A stretch of DNA of 32,000 nucleotides from Candidatus Electronema aureum (GTDB taxonomy: Bacteria; Desulfobacterota; Desulfobulbia; Desulfobulbales; Desulfobulbaceae): assembly GCA_004284765.1 (NCBI GenBank), contig NQJD01000002.1:180001-212000 (forward strand). Reading direction: 5' to 3'. Below, in pieces: positions 16,446 through 25,522 of this stretch; within the stretch, counting starts at the first letter, position 1, and each line of letters begins with the position of its first letter. The notes beneath the pieces are model-generated. The model ran no database searches. It worked only from the letters and a program-made list of their open reading frames with translations, and was not told the origin of the DNA. Made by a program: the position numbers and the translations under genes.

Positions 16446-17910
16446 TCCGCAGCTCAATTGTGCGCCGGAGAACATCCATCACATTCATCTGATGGGCATC
16501 TGCGGCACGGCGATGGCCGCCTTGGCCGGAATGCTCAAGGAAAGCGGCTACGTGGTCAGCGGCTCAGATCAGAACGTGTATCCACCGATGTCGGATTTCC
16601 TCGCGCAGGCTGGCATTGCGGTCATGCAGGGCTACAAGCCGGAGAATATGGAGCCGCGCCCGGATTTGGTCATCGTCGGCAACGTCATCCGGGCCATTTA
16701 CCCGGAAGCCGAGCGGCTGGCCGAGCTGCGCATTCCTTACCTGTCCATGCCCCAAGCACTTGGGCATTTTTTCCTGCGCAGCGCAATCAAGCCGTTAGTG
16801 GTGGCGGGAACGCACGGCAAAACAACGACTTCCTCGCTCTTGGCCACGGTTCTGCACCGCGCCGACCGCTCGCCCGGCTTTTTCATCGGCGGGATTGTCG
16901 AGGCATTTGGCAGCAATTACCGCATCGGCACCGGCGACTGTTTCGTGATCGAAGGCGACGAATACGACACCGCCTTTTTCAACAAAGTTTCCAAATTTCT
17001 GCACTACCGGCCTTTCTGCGCCATTGTCACGTCAATTGAGTTCGATCACGCCGACATTTTCGCCGATCTGGAGCAGATCAAGGCTTCGTTCCGCCAGTTT
17101 GTCCGTTTGATTCCGAATGAAGGCGCGTTGGTCGCCTGCATGGATGATCCAGTTGTGGTGGAAATTGCCGCGCTTTGTCCCGGCCAAATAATCAGCTACG
17201 GCACAGGTGCAAACTGCCGCTGGCAGCTCAGGGATTTTGCCGCAAATGGGCTTGGCTCGACCTTTGCCGCTTGGAAAGACGGCAGCCTGTTCGGCGCATT
17301 CAGCCTGCCCATGCCGGGCAAGCACAACGCGCTCAACGCCTTGGCCGTGATTGCCTTGCTGGAGCATCTTGGCCTCAGCCGCGAGGAAATACGGCGCGGG
17401 CTGGCTTCTTTTGAGGGCGTGAAGCGACGGCAGCAGGTGCGCGGCGAGGTCAACGGCATCACGGTGATTGACGATTTTGCTCATCATCCCACCGCAGTGC
17501 GCGAGACGATCAGCGCGTTGCGGCTGGCTTGGCCGGAACGCCGCCTGCTGGTCGTCTTTGAGCCGCGCACCAACACCAGCCGCCGGGCGGTGTTTCAGCG
17601 GGATTACGAAACCGCCTTTGCGGGCGCAGACATGGTGGTGGTGCGTGAGATTCTGCCGCTTGACCACGCCGCGCCGGGCGACAGCTTTTCCTCGCGGCAG
17701 CTGACTGCGGCTCTGAACGGCCAAGGCATTCCGGCGGAGTATTTCCCGAACACCGATGCCATTCTTGCTTTTCTACTCAAGCAGGCTCGGCCCGGCGATG
17801 TGATCGCCATTCTTTCCAACGGCGGATTTGACAACATTCATGCGCGGCTGCTGGAAGGGCTGCGCCTTGTCGGCCTGACCGCAAAGTCTGGCGGCAACTC
17901 TGCGCCGTAA
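16429..17910 (+). CDS. mpl: UDP-N-acetylmuramate:L-alanyl-gamma-D-glutamyl-meso-diaminopimelate ligase
   Basis: HLMGICGTAMAALAGMLKESGYVVSGSDQNVYPPMSDFL...VVAGTHGKTTTSS closely parallels the E. coli Mpl N-terminus and Mur ligase P-loop. Confidence 0.9.
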   Translation: MTAQLDPQLNCAPENIHHIHLMGICGTAMAALAGMLKESGYVVSGSDQNVYPPMSDFLAQAGIAVMQGYKPENMEPRPDLVIVGNVIRAIYPEAERLAELRIPYLSMPQALGHFFLRSAIKPLVVAGTHGKTTTSSLLATVLHRADRSPGFFIGGIVEAFGSNYRIGTGDCFVIEGDEYDTAFFNKVSKFLHYRPFCAIVTSIEFDHADIFADLEQIKASFRQFVRLIPNEGALVACMDDPVVVEIAALCPGQIISYGTGANCRWQLRDFAANGLGSTFAAWKDGSLFGAFSLPMPGKHNALNALAVIALLEHLGLSREEIRRGLASFEGVKRRQQVRGEVNGITVIDDFAHHPTAVRETISALRLAWPERRLLVVFEPRTNTSRRAVFQRDYETAFAGADMVVVREILPLDHAAPGDSFSSRQLTAALNGQGIPAEYFPNTDAILAFLLKQARPGDVIAILSNGGFDNIHARLLEGLRLVGLTAKSGGNSAP

Positions 17911-17982
17911 AGAAAAAATTTCAACCACTGCCCCCGAATCAATCTGGCAGATCAACTCATATTTGCGGCAGATGAAATTTAA

Positions 17983-18098
17983 TAGGACTTACGCAGTTGA
18001 AACGAGAAATTCAACTATTACAGCAAGTTGTCTTTTTGCCGCATAAATCGCCAGTTGAATAAAATCAACAAGTTGGCAATGGAACTGCGTAACTCCTA
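17983..18098. mobile_element. MITE-like element, copy B (116 bp)
   Basis: TIRs TAGGACTTACGCAGTT / AACTGCGTAACTCCTA (16 of 17 complementary when the adjacent A/T is included). Flanked by TTTAA (17978-17982) and TTTAA (18099-18103). Identical to copy C. Confidence 0.75.
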
Positions 18099-18223
18099 TT
18101 TAATTTGCCTCGGACGCAATGTTGTTTGAGGCAAAACATATGTCGTCTGCCATAATTACAAAATTATTTTGGCGAGAAACATTTCGTTCGTTGTTTTCAA
18201 CTAAGAACAGCGGCTTTTTCTAA

Positions 18224-18339
18224 TAGGACTTACGCAGTTGAAACGAGAAATTCAACTATTACAGCAAGTTGTCTTTTTGCCGCATAAATCGCCAGTTGAA
18301 TAAAATCAACAAGTTGGCAATGGAACTGCGTAACTCCTA
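18224..18339. mobile_element. MITE-like element, copy C (116 bp)
   Basis: Base-for-base identical to copy B. Flanked by TCTAA (18219-18223) and TCTAA (18340-18344). Confidence 0.75.
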
Positions 18340-18439
18340 TCTAAGTAAAAATCGTGCCGTTTTAGTGAACAGGAGATAATTTTGTTCGGAGCAAAGAAGA
18401 AATGAGCAGGCTGCTGCCTCTTGCGGCGGCAGCGTTTTT

Positions 18440-18563
18440 CTGGCACCGCTGCCATTTTTGCTTTTCTGCTGGCGCAGGCGAAATCATCGCCATTTTTTCA
18501 AACGGCGATTTTGACAACATTCATGCAAGGTTACTGGATAAAATAACCATTCAAGAAAGATGA
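18440..18563 (+). pseudogene. frameshifted relic of a second mpl 3' end
   Basis: It encodes TAAIFAFLLAQ, then after a 10-nt deletion (frameshift) AGEIIAIFSNGDFDNIHARLLDKITIQER*. Genuine Mpl reads TDAILAFLLKQARPGDVIAILSNGGFDNIHARLLEGL. Its TGA overlaps the ATG of the next ORF. Confidence 0.8.
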
Positions 18564-20299
18564 ATATTTTTATATTTTCAATTTTTGTTTCTCTCGTTCT
18601 CTATTTAACACTTACGATCTCTTTTGCTGGGTACGGAAAAGCTATATATCTGATAATTAACGACAGATATAAAAAAGAAGTGAATCACCAAATATCCTTC
18701 TTGGTATGGACTGGATTTTGCTGTTTTATTTTCATTATGAGCATTATTCATCTATTCTTTTCTCTTGATTTATATGTAGTTGTCCCGACTCTTACTTTTG
18801 GAATCATCCTTTCAATAATATTTTTTATCAAAAACTTTAATTATTATTTACAAATTGTCTTGTCAGTACCAACTTGGTTGTTGGTTGTGATGTTTTTCGC
18901 ACTCTCCTTGGTCTCCACGTGGCTTGCATTACGCGCCATGTTACCTCCAACAAATTACGATTCTGGACTTTATCATTTCAACTCAATAAAATGGTTAAAT
19001 TCTTTCCCAATAACATATGGGATTGGAAATTTACATGGAAGATTATCGTTTAATCAATCTTTTTTTGCATACGCAGCATCTCTTAATTTTTATCCATTAT
19101 TTAATCACGGACGTTCTATAGCAAACAGCTTTCTTATTTTGCTATCTTTTGCAACCTTAGTTGAATTTAGTTTTCGATTAAGAAGTAAAGATAAATTTAA
19201 AAATTTAAATTTTGTTTTATCTATTTTTACAATCCCAGTACTTGCATACTGGTCACTCACATCAGACGGAATGCAGTCTCCTTCTCCTGATCTAACATCT
19301 AATCTTATTCAAATAATAATTTTTTTCTATTTTGTAGAGTTTCTAAATACAGAAAAAAATTCAACAAAATCAATATACTTATTGTCTCTTCTGACTGCAA
19401 CAGCAATAACGATAAAATTAAGCAATTTATTATTTTGCATGTCAATTATTTTTTTATTATTTTTTATATCTTCTTTGCGTAAAAACTTTTCTGTTAAAGG
19501 GTATTTACTATCTACATTTATTATATTTGCAATATTGGCAGTCTGGTGTATTCGCGGATTTATTATGTCAGGAGCGCCTCTTTATCCTTCAACGATTGGC
19601 TATATCAACGCAGAATGGTCTGTCCCTGTGGACGAAATAAATGAAATGGAAAAATGGGTTTACAGCTGGGCGCGACAGCCAAAAATGCACTGGAGTGTTG
19701 TGCTGGGAAACTGGAACTGGTTTACACCTTGGATTAATGTAATAACAACAAAAAGAAATATAGAAGTAGTTTTTCCATCTTTTGTTTTTTTATCGTTAAC
19801 TATAATTAATATAGTATTATATTTCAGATCGAAAAATATCTTTAGACTATATTTTCTATCTAAATTAACAATAATTATACCTCCAGCTATTGGGTTGTTG
19901 TTTTGGTTTTTTACTGCCCCTGATCCAAGATTTGCGCAGGGACTTTTTTTCTTACTGCCAATTTCTTCAGCTCTTTTTATGCTTTACTTGACAAGAGAAC
20001 TGCTAAAACGTACCACTTATATAATAACTATATGCATTCTTTTTTTATTTTGTAGCTTTAACTTAATAAGGTTTATGGTAAACAACATGTCGACATTTAG
20101 ACAAATTTCAATGATTGGCTGGCAAAATATCAAAAATGTTGAGATAGAAAGAAAAATTACAAAACATGGTGTTGTTATATTTAAGCCCTTACACGGAGAT
20201 CAGTGCTGGGACTCTCCTATTCCTTGTACTCCATACTTTAACGAAGAACTACGCATGAGAAACCACAAGGTAGTGTCATCAGGGTTTTCAATAAAATAA
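18560..20299 (+). CDS. AT-rich polytopic membrane protein with at least 12 TM helices (GT-C glycosyltransferase- or O-antigen-polymerase-like, uncharacterised)
   Basis: A 579-aa uninterrupted ORF in DNA that is roughly 30% G+C by eye, with Ile/Phe/Leu/Asn/Lys-rich usage. The loop motif PPTNYDSGLYHFNSIKW after the early TM helices resembles the first-loop acidic motif of GT-C enzymes. Confidence 0.8.
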   Translation: MNIFIFSIFVSLVLYLTLTISFAGYGKAIYLIINDRYKKEVNHQISFLVWTGFCCFIFIMSIIHLFFSLDLYVVVPTLTFGIILSIIFFIKNFNYYLQIVLSVPTWLLVVMFFALSLVSTWLALRAMLPPTNYDSGLYHFNSIKWLNSFPITYGIGNLHGRLSFNQSFFAYAASLNFYPLFNHGRSIANSFLILLSFATLVEFSFRLRSKDKFKNLNFVLSIFTIPVLAYWSLTSDGMQSPSPDLTSNLIQIIIFFYFVEFLNTEKNSTKSIYLLSLLTATAITIKLSNLLFCMSIIFLLFFISSLRKNFSVKGYLLSTFIIFAILAVWCIRGFIMSGAPLYPSTIGYINAEWSVPVDEINEMEKWVYSWARQPKMHWSVVLGNWNWFTPWINVITTKRNIEVVFPSFVFLSLTIINIVLYFRSKNIFRLYFLSKLTIIIPPAIGLLFWFFTAPDPRFAQGLFFLLPISSALFMLYLTRELLKRTTYIITICILFLFCSFNLIRFMVNNMSTFRQISMIGWQNIKNVEIERKITKHGVVIFKPLHGDQCWDSPIPCTPYFNEELRMRNHKVVSSGFSIK

Positions 20300-20348
20300 C
20301 AAGATATTTTTTTATAACAAGTAAGCAATATTTTGACTGTAAATTTTA

Positions 20349-20435
20349 ACGGCATCAATCACCTTGCATTAGTGACTGGCGACATGGAGGCCACCATCCA
20401 CTTTTGGCGCGATCTACTATGAATGCGCCTGATAA
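20349..20435 (+). pseudogene. fragment of a VOC (glyoxalase/dioxygenase) family gene
   Basis: NGINHLALVTGDMEATIHFWRDLL*MRLI. A typical VOC N-terminus, but with no start codon and an in-frame TGA at 20421-20423 where Gly is expected. Confidence 0.5.
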
Positions 20436-20804
20436 AATATGTGTTTCTAACCAGTCGCTATTCAAGACAAGAAAAAATGTAAGGGACGTGGCACCGAGTC
20501 GTAGCTTTGGCGTGTCGGTTGGTTGCCCCTTGCGTCGGCCATTTTTTATTTGCAATTTTAGCGGCATTATGTCATAATTATGTCGTGCTTTTAAGCCGTT
20601 GTTTGTCAGTGTCAAAGACAAGCTGTCTCATCGTTTTTTCTGATATCTTTGACCCTTTCTGGGTCTGAATGTTCTTCCACAGTTATGGCAGATGGGCGAT
20701 AAAGCCACCCGCTCTGCTTTCATTAAGTTCTTATGGCCTGCGTTCAGGGGGCTATCCGCCAACCTTTCCTGATTTTGTCGGCCTGAAACATTACGGAGAA
20801 GAAA

Positions 20805-21413
20805 ATGTCTGACTATCAACCGAAAATCTTGGGGTTTCTCTGCAACTGGTGCTGCTACACCGCCGCTGACTCCGCTGGCGTGGGCCGCTATCAGTATCCG
20901 CCCAACCTGCGGGTAATCCGCATGATGTGCACTGGCAGGCTCGATCCGTCGTTCCCGCTGGAAGGGCTGGCGAATGGGGCTGACGCAGTCTTTGTCGGCG
21001 GCTGTCATCCGGGCGAGTGCCACTATATCGACGGCAACTACCACGCTTTGGTCTCAGCCGCTTTGGTGCATGAGACCTTGGCGCGTCTGGGCATCAGCAA
21101 AGACCGCTTCCTGATTGATTGGGCCTCTGCTGCCGAAGGGCCGAATTTTGTCAAGATCATCACCAAGTTTACCCAACGGGCCGCCGAGCTGGGACCGCTG
21201 GGCAAGGCTGAAGGGTTGAACGAAGCCGAGCTGCGCAAGAAGCTGGTCGAGGCGGCAGAGGTCTCCCGCAATGCCAAGGTACGCACCGGCTTGATCAGTG
21301 CGAGCAAAGAGATGATGAAGAGCGGCGACTATTCCCGGCCCGCCATCGCTGCCTTGGTGGCGGCCAAGTGCGACAAAAACCTGACTGAACTCCTTGGAGG
21401 ACGACCTGTATGA
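20805..21413 (+). CDS. MvhD/FlpD-like hydrogenase iron-sulfur subunit with a ~60-aa C-terminal extension
   Basis: KILGFLCNWCCYTAADSAGVGRYQYPPNLRVIRMMCTGR...VFVGGCHPGECHYIDGN is the MvhD signature. Its stop overlaps the next ATG (ATGA). Confidence 0.85.
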   Translation: MSDYQPKILGFLCNWCCYTAADSAGVGRYQYPPNLRVIRMMCTGRLDPSFPLEGLANGADAVFVGGCHPGECHYIDGNYHALVSAALVHETLARLGISKDRFLIDWASAAEGPNFVKIITKFTQRAAELGPLGKAEGLNEAELRKKLVEAAEVSRNAKVRTGLISASKEMMKSGDYSRPAIAALVAAKCDKNLTELLGGRPV

Positions 21414-24400
21414 GCAAGACCGCAACCCTGACCATCAACGGCCAGCAGTTCAGCCTTGCCCCTGACCAGACCATTCTGGCAGCGGCAGATCAGGCGGGCA
21501 TCCGCATTCCTCGCCTCTGTCATCTGCCGGGCCACCGCGATGCCGACCAGCCCTGTCTGCTCTGCCTCGTCGAGGTGAACGGCAAGAGGGCGCGGGCCTG
21601 TCAGACCAAGATCGCTGACGGCATGGTGATCGAGACGGAGACCGCCGAGCTGATCGCCCACCGCAAGGAACGGCTGACTCAGCTCGCCGCTGTTCATTAC
21701 GGCGACTGCAAGGCCCCCTGCAACCTGACTTGTCCCGGTTCGATCAACGTGCAGGGCTACATCGGCCTGATCGCCCAAGGCCAGCACAGCGCGGCCCTTC
21801 GCCTGATCAAGGAAGTGAACCCGCTGCCAGGCATCGTCTGCCGCGTTTGCCCGGCTTTCTGCGAGAGCCGCTGCCGTCGTTCGCTCTTGGATGACGCGAT
21901 TGCCATCAACAATCTGAAGCGTTTCGCCTCAGACTACGCGGTGCAGCATCCGCTGCCGCAAGAGCCAGTTGCCCCAGCTACAGGCCGCAAGGCTGCTGTT
22001 ATCGGTGGCGGCCCAGCAGGTTTGAGCGCAGCGTGGTTCCTGCGCAAGCAGGGCCACAGTGTCACCATCTTTGAAGCAGCTGCGCAGCTCGGCGGCCTGC
22101 CGCGCACGGCCATGCCCGCCTACAAGATGCCCAAAGATGCGCTGGACCGGGAGATTGCCACTGTCCTCGCTTTAGGCGTGGAAGCGAAGACCGGCACAGC
22201 TTGGGGCAAGGATTTCTCGCTCGCTGATCTTCAGCAGCAGGGCTACGAGGCTATTTTCATCGCCGCTGGTTTGTCTGGCCGGAAGAAGCTGACTGTGCCC
22301 GGCTCTGAGCTGGCGCAGGATGGCATGGACTTCCTTGCTCAGGTCAATGCAGGAGCAGCGAAGCAGCTTTCCGGCAAGATACTGATCATCGGCGGCAGCA
22401 AGGCAGCAATTGAGTCGGCCCGCTGCGCTGTTCGCATGGGCGCAAGCGAAGTGACGGTAGTCTTTGACCGCCCGACTGAGGAAATGAGTGCCTACGAGAA
22501 GGACGTGTCCATGGCCATGCGGGAGAAAGTGCGCTTCCTGCCCATGACCGCGCCGCTCTCCATCCGGCAGGAGCAAGACGGTTTCGTGGTTGAGCTGACC
22601 AAAATGGTCTTCTTGGAAGCAGATCAGCGCGGCCAGCGGCAGACTGTGCCTGCGGACGGCTCGCTCCTGCGCTGGGAAGGCGCGGCAGTGTTGAGCTGCT
22701 TGGGCCAAGAAGGCGACGATGCCTTCCGCAGCTTCGGCGAGCTGGAAGGCAAGCTGGCGGTCAATCCCAACAAGACGATCAAAGTCAGCCCCTCCACCTT
22801 GCATACCAATCTGCCTGGCATCTACGCGGGCGGTGAGATTGCCAGCGGTGCCAAGGCGGTGATTCAGGCGGTGAACGCGGGCCGCAAGGCTGCTGAAGCT
22901 ATACACCGGCAGTTCGGCGGGACAGAGACCGAGCTGGCTGACGGCACCTTCAACTTCAGCAAGGGTAAGAAGTTTGATGACGTTGACCTGCGCAACTACA
23001 GCGGCATGACTGTCCAGCCGCGTCTGCGCCTGCCCGTGCGTCCGGTCGCTGACCGCAGCCGCGACTTCCGCGAGAGCGAGCTGGGCTACACCGAGGAAAC
23101 AGCTGTGCGCGAGGCGCAACGCTGCCTGTCCTGCGGCTGCACCGGCCTGAGCAAGTGTGAGCTGCGCCCGCTCTGCCAGGAGCACAAAGTGCCGCTCTCT
23201 GCTGCCCCCAACAAGCAGCAGGCCGCGCCGGACAGCTCGCATCTCTTCATCACTGTTGATGTGAACCGCTGCACCGCCTGCCAACGCTGCGAGCGGGTCT
23301 GCGAGTTCGATGCCTTCGCGTTTTCCTGCGAGCGCGGCAAGGACGGCGGCATTGCCAGTATCAGCCTGAAGATCAAGGAAAACTGCGTCTCCTGCGGGGC
23401 CTGCGTGGATGCCTGCCCGACCGGCGCACTGACCAAGAAAGAGCTGGCTGTGCCGCTCCTGCCCGGCGAGGCGGAAAGCACCCGCAGCGTCTGCACCTAC
23501 TGCGGCACCGGATGCAGCATTGACATTCAGGCCAAGCACGGTGCTATTCTGGAGGTCAAATCCTTTGCCGACGCGCCGCCTAATCAAGGTGACCTCTGCG
23601 TCAAAGGCCGCTTTGGCTGGGACTTCTACCGGCACAAAGAACGTCTGACCGTGCCGCTGATCCGCGAGAGCCTTGATCAACCTTTCCGCAAAGCCACATG
23701 GCCGGAGGCTCTGGCCTTTGCCGCTGCGGGCTTCAAGCGTATTCAAGAACAGCAAGGCCCGGCAGCGCTGGGCGTGCTCTCCTCCTCGCGCTGCGAGAAC
23801 GAGGTGAACTACCTCGCTCAGAAGTTCTGCCGCACCGTCTTCCACAGCAACTCGGTGGACAACTGCGCCCGCGTCTGCCATGCGCCGTCAGTGAGCGGCC
23901 TGCGCATTGCTCTTGGCAGCGGCGCGGCGACCAACTCGCTCGCCGACATCGAAGGCGCGGAGGTGCTGCTGATCAGCGGATCCAACACCACTGAGGCGCA
24001 TCCGGTGGCGGGCATGAAGGTCAAACGCGCTCTTGGCAAGAAGGGAGCCAAGCTGATCGTCATTGATCCGCGCAAGACCGAGCTGGCAGCGCGGGCGGAC
24101 ATCCATCTCCAGCTCATTCCCGGCACCAACGTTCTTCTGCTCAACTCCCTGCTCAGCGCCATCTTCGACGAAGGCTTGGAGGACAAGGACTTCATCGCCA
24201 ATCGGACGGAGAACAGCGAGGCAGTGCGCCAGCATCTCGCCGCGTATTCGCCTGAAGTGATGGAAGCGCAGAGCGGGGTTCCCGCCGCGCTGGTGCGGCA
24301 GGCGGCCCGGCTCTATTGCAGCACCAAAAAGGGCATGATCCTCTACGGTCTCGGCATGACCGAGCACCGCAACGGCACTCAAGGCGTAATGGGGCTGGCG

Positions 24401-25510
24401 AACATCGCACTGGCTTCAGGCAATGTGGGCAGGCCGAGCGCGGGCATCTGTCCGTTGCGTGGCCAGAACAACGTCCAAGGCTCTTGCGACATGGGCGCGC
24501 TGCCCTATGTCTATTCCGGCTATCAGGACGTGGCGGATGATGCCGCCCGCAGCCGGATGGAGCAGCTCTGGCAGTGCGGCCTGTCCGACGTGCCTGGCAT
24601 GACTGAGCCGGAGATGTACGAGGCGGCCCGCGCCGGTCAGTTCAAGGGCCTGTACTGCATCGGTTATGACCCGGTGCACACACAGGGCGATGTCAACAAC
24701 GTGCAGGCCGCCTTCCGGCAAATGGACATGGTGGTGGTGCAGGACATCTTCCTGACCAAGACAGCGCAGATGGCGCACGTGGTGCTGCCCGCCTCCTGCT
24801 TCTACGAGAAGGATGGCACCTTCACCAACGCCGAGCGGCGCATCCGGCGCATCCGCAAGGCCGTGGAGCCGCTGAGTGAGTCGCGGCCTGACTGGAAGAT
24901 CGTCTGCGATTTGGCGCAGGCGATGGGGCACAGCATGGATTATGCGGATGCCGCAGCGGTGATGGACGAGATTGCCGCCTGCTCGCCAATGCTCGGCGGG
25001 GTGAAGTACGACCGCCTCGAAGGCGACGGCCTGATCTGGCCCTGCCCGACCGCTGATCATCCCGGCACGCCCATCCTGCACAAGGAGAGCTTCACACGGG
25101 GCAAGGGCTACTTCTCCGTGCTTAAGAACGTGGAGACGCTGGAGAAGCCGGATGCTGAATACCCGCTCATCCTCGTCACCGGCAGGCGGCGTGAGCACTA
25201 CAACAACGGCTCCATGACCCGCCGCTGCTCCGGCCTGCTGGCCCTTGTGCCGGAAGAGCTGGTGGAAATCCACCCGGATGACGCGGCCTGGCTCGGCATC
25301 GTGGATGGCCAGCGGGTGTCAGTCAGTTCGCGGCGCGGCGCAATTGAGCTGACCGCTTGGGTGACTGAGCGCAGCCGTCCCGGCGCGATCTTCATGGCCT
25401 TCCACCACGAAGAGCCATTGACCAACACCCTCACCAGTCCGGGCGTGGATGAGATCGCTCTTACGCCTGAGTACAAAGCCTGCGCGGTGCGGGTGGCTCC
25501 GGCGGCATAA
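21410..25510 (+). CDS. multidomain formate dehydrogenase alpha-like fusion: 2Fe-2S, GltD-like NAD(P)H/FAD module, 2x[4Fe-4S], and a Mo/W-bisPGD catalytic domain
   Basis: aa 1-80 hold a NuoG-type 2Fe-2S Cys pattern. aa ~95-520 are GltD-like (CPGSINVQGYI, VCPAFCESRC, AAVIGGGPAGLSAA). CTACQRCERVC and CVSCGACVDACP start at nt 23261. CTYCGTGCS, CVKGRFG and the active site NCARVCHAPS follow from nt ~23490. Confidence 0.88.
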   Translation: MSKTATLTINGQQFSLAPDQTILAAADQAGIRIPRLCHLPGHRDADQPCLLCLVEVNGKRARACQTKIADGMVIETETAELIAHRKERLTQLAAVHYGDCKAPCNLTCPGSINVQGYIGLIAQGQHSAALRLIKEVNPLPGIVCRVCPAFCESRCRRSLLDDAIAINNLKRFASDYAVQHPLPQEPVAPATGRKAAVIGGGPAGLSAAWFLRKQGHSVTIFEAAAQLGGLPRTAMPAYKMPKDALDREIATVLALGVEAKTGTAWGKDFSLADLQQQGYEAIFIAAGLSGRKKLTVPGSELAQDGMDFLAQVNAGAAKQLSGKILIIGGSKAAIESARCAVRMGASEVTVVFDRPTEEMSAYEKDVSMAMREKVRFLPMTAPLSIRQEQDGFVVELTKMVFLEADQRGQRQTVPADGSLLRWEGAAVLSCLGQEGDDAFRSFGELEGKLAVNPNKTIKVSPSTLHTNLPGIYAGGEIASGAKAVIQAVNAGRKAAEAIHRQFGGTETELADGTFNFSKGKKFDDVDLRNYSGMTVQPRLRLPVRPVADRSRDFRESELGYTEETAVREAQRCLSCGCTGLSKCELRPLCQEHKVPLSAAPNKQQAAPDSSHLFITVDVNRCTACQRCERVCEFDAFAFSCERGKDGGIASISLKIKENCVSCGACVDACPTGALTKKELAVPLLPGEAESTRSVCTYCGTGCSIDIQAKHGAILEVKSFADAPPNQGDLCVKGRFGWDFYRHKERLTVPLIRESLDQPFRKATWPEALAFAAAGFKRIQEQQGPAALGVLSSSRCENEVNYLAQKFCRTVFHSNSVDNCARVCHAPSVSGLRIALGSGAATNSLADIEGAEVLLISGSNTTEAHPVAGMKVKRALGKKGAKLIVIDPRKTELAARADIHLQLIPGTNVLLLNSLLSAIFDEGLEDKDFIANRTENSEAVRQHLAAYSPEVMEAQSGVPAALVRQAARLYCSTKKGMILYGLGMTEHRNGTQGVMGLANIALASGNVGRPSAGICPLRGQNNVQGSCDMGALPYVYSGYQDVADDAARSRMEQLWQCGLSDVPGMTEPEMYEAARAGQFKGLYCIGYDPVHTQGDVNNVQAAFRQMDMVVVQDIFLTKTAQMAHVVLPASCFYEKDGTFTNAERRIRRIRKAVEPLSESRPDWKIVCDLAQAMGHSMDYADAAAVMDEIAACSPMLGGVKYDRLEGDGLIWPCPTADHPGTPILHKESFTRGKGYFSVLKNVETLEKPDAEYPLILVTGRRREHYNNGSMTRRCSGLLALVPEELVEIHPDDAAWLGIVDGQRVSVSSRRGAIELTAWVTERSRPGAIFMAFHHEEPLTNTLTSPGVDEIALTPEYKACAVRVAPAA

Positions 25511-25522
25511 CCAAGCCTGCCC

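Noticed and set aside
17983-18339. Possible CRISPR array. Repeats contain GTTGAAAC, a motif seen at CRISPR repeat ends, and the two copies are separated by a spacer of similar length.
   Set aside because: There are only two adjacent units. The units are 116 bp, far longer than CRISPR repeats, with terminal inverted repeats and flanking 5-bp duplications. No cas genes are present. A MITE-type element explains it better.
20628-21044. A 138-aa minus-strand ORF spanning the region upstream of, and overlapping, the mvhD-like gene.
   Set aside because: It overlaps a strongly supported + strand gene, shows no motifs, and has no RBS. The non-overlapping part is more plausibly the mvhD promoter or leader.
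23876-23878. Checked whether the formate dehydrogenase active site uses selenocysteine (in-frame TGA plus SECIS).
   Set aside because: The codon at the ARV-C-HAPS position is TGC, and the ORF has no internal TGA. It is a Cys-type enzyme.
22172-23881. A 569-aa ORF antisense to the fdh-like gene, plus similar long antisense ORFs at 24416..25273, 17032..17724, 1227..1808 and 21329..21787.
   Set aside because: They lie entirely inside well-supported genes on the opposite strand. Their composition is Ala/Gly/Arg/Leu-rich and low-complexity, with no recognisable motifs or RBS. This is the expected open-frame artefact of GC-rich coding DNA.
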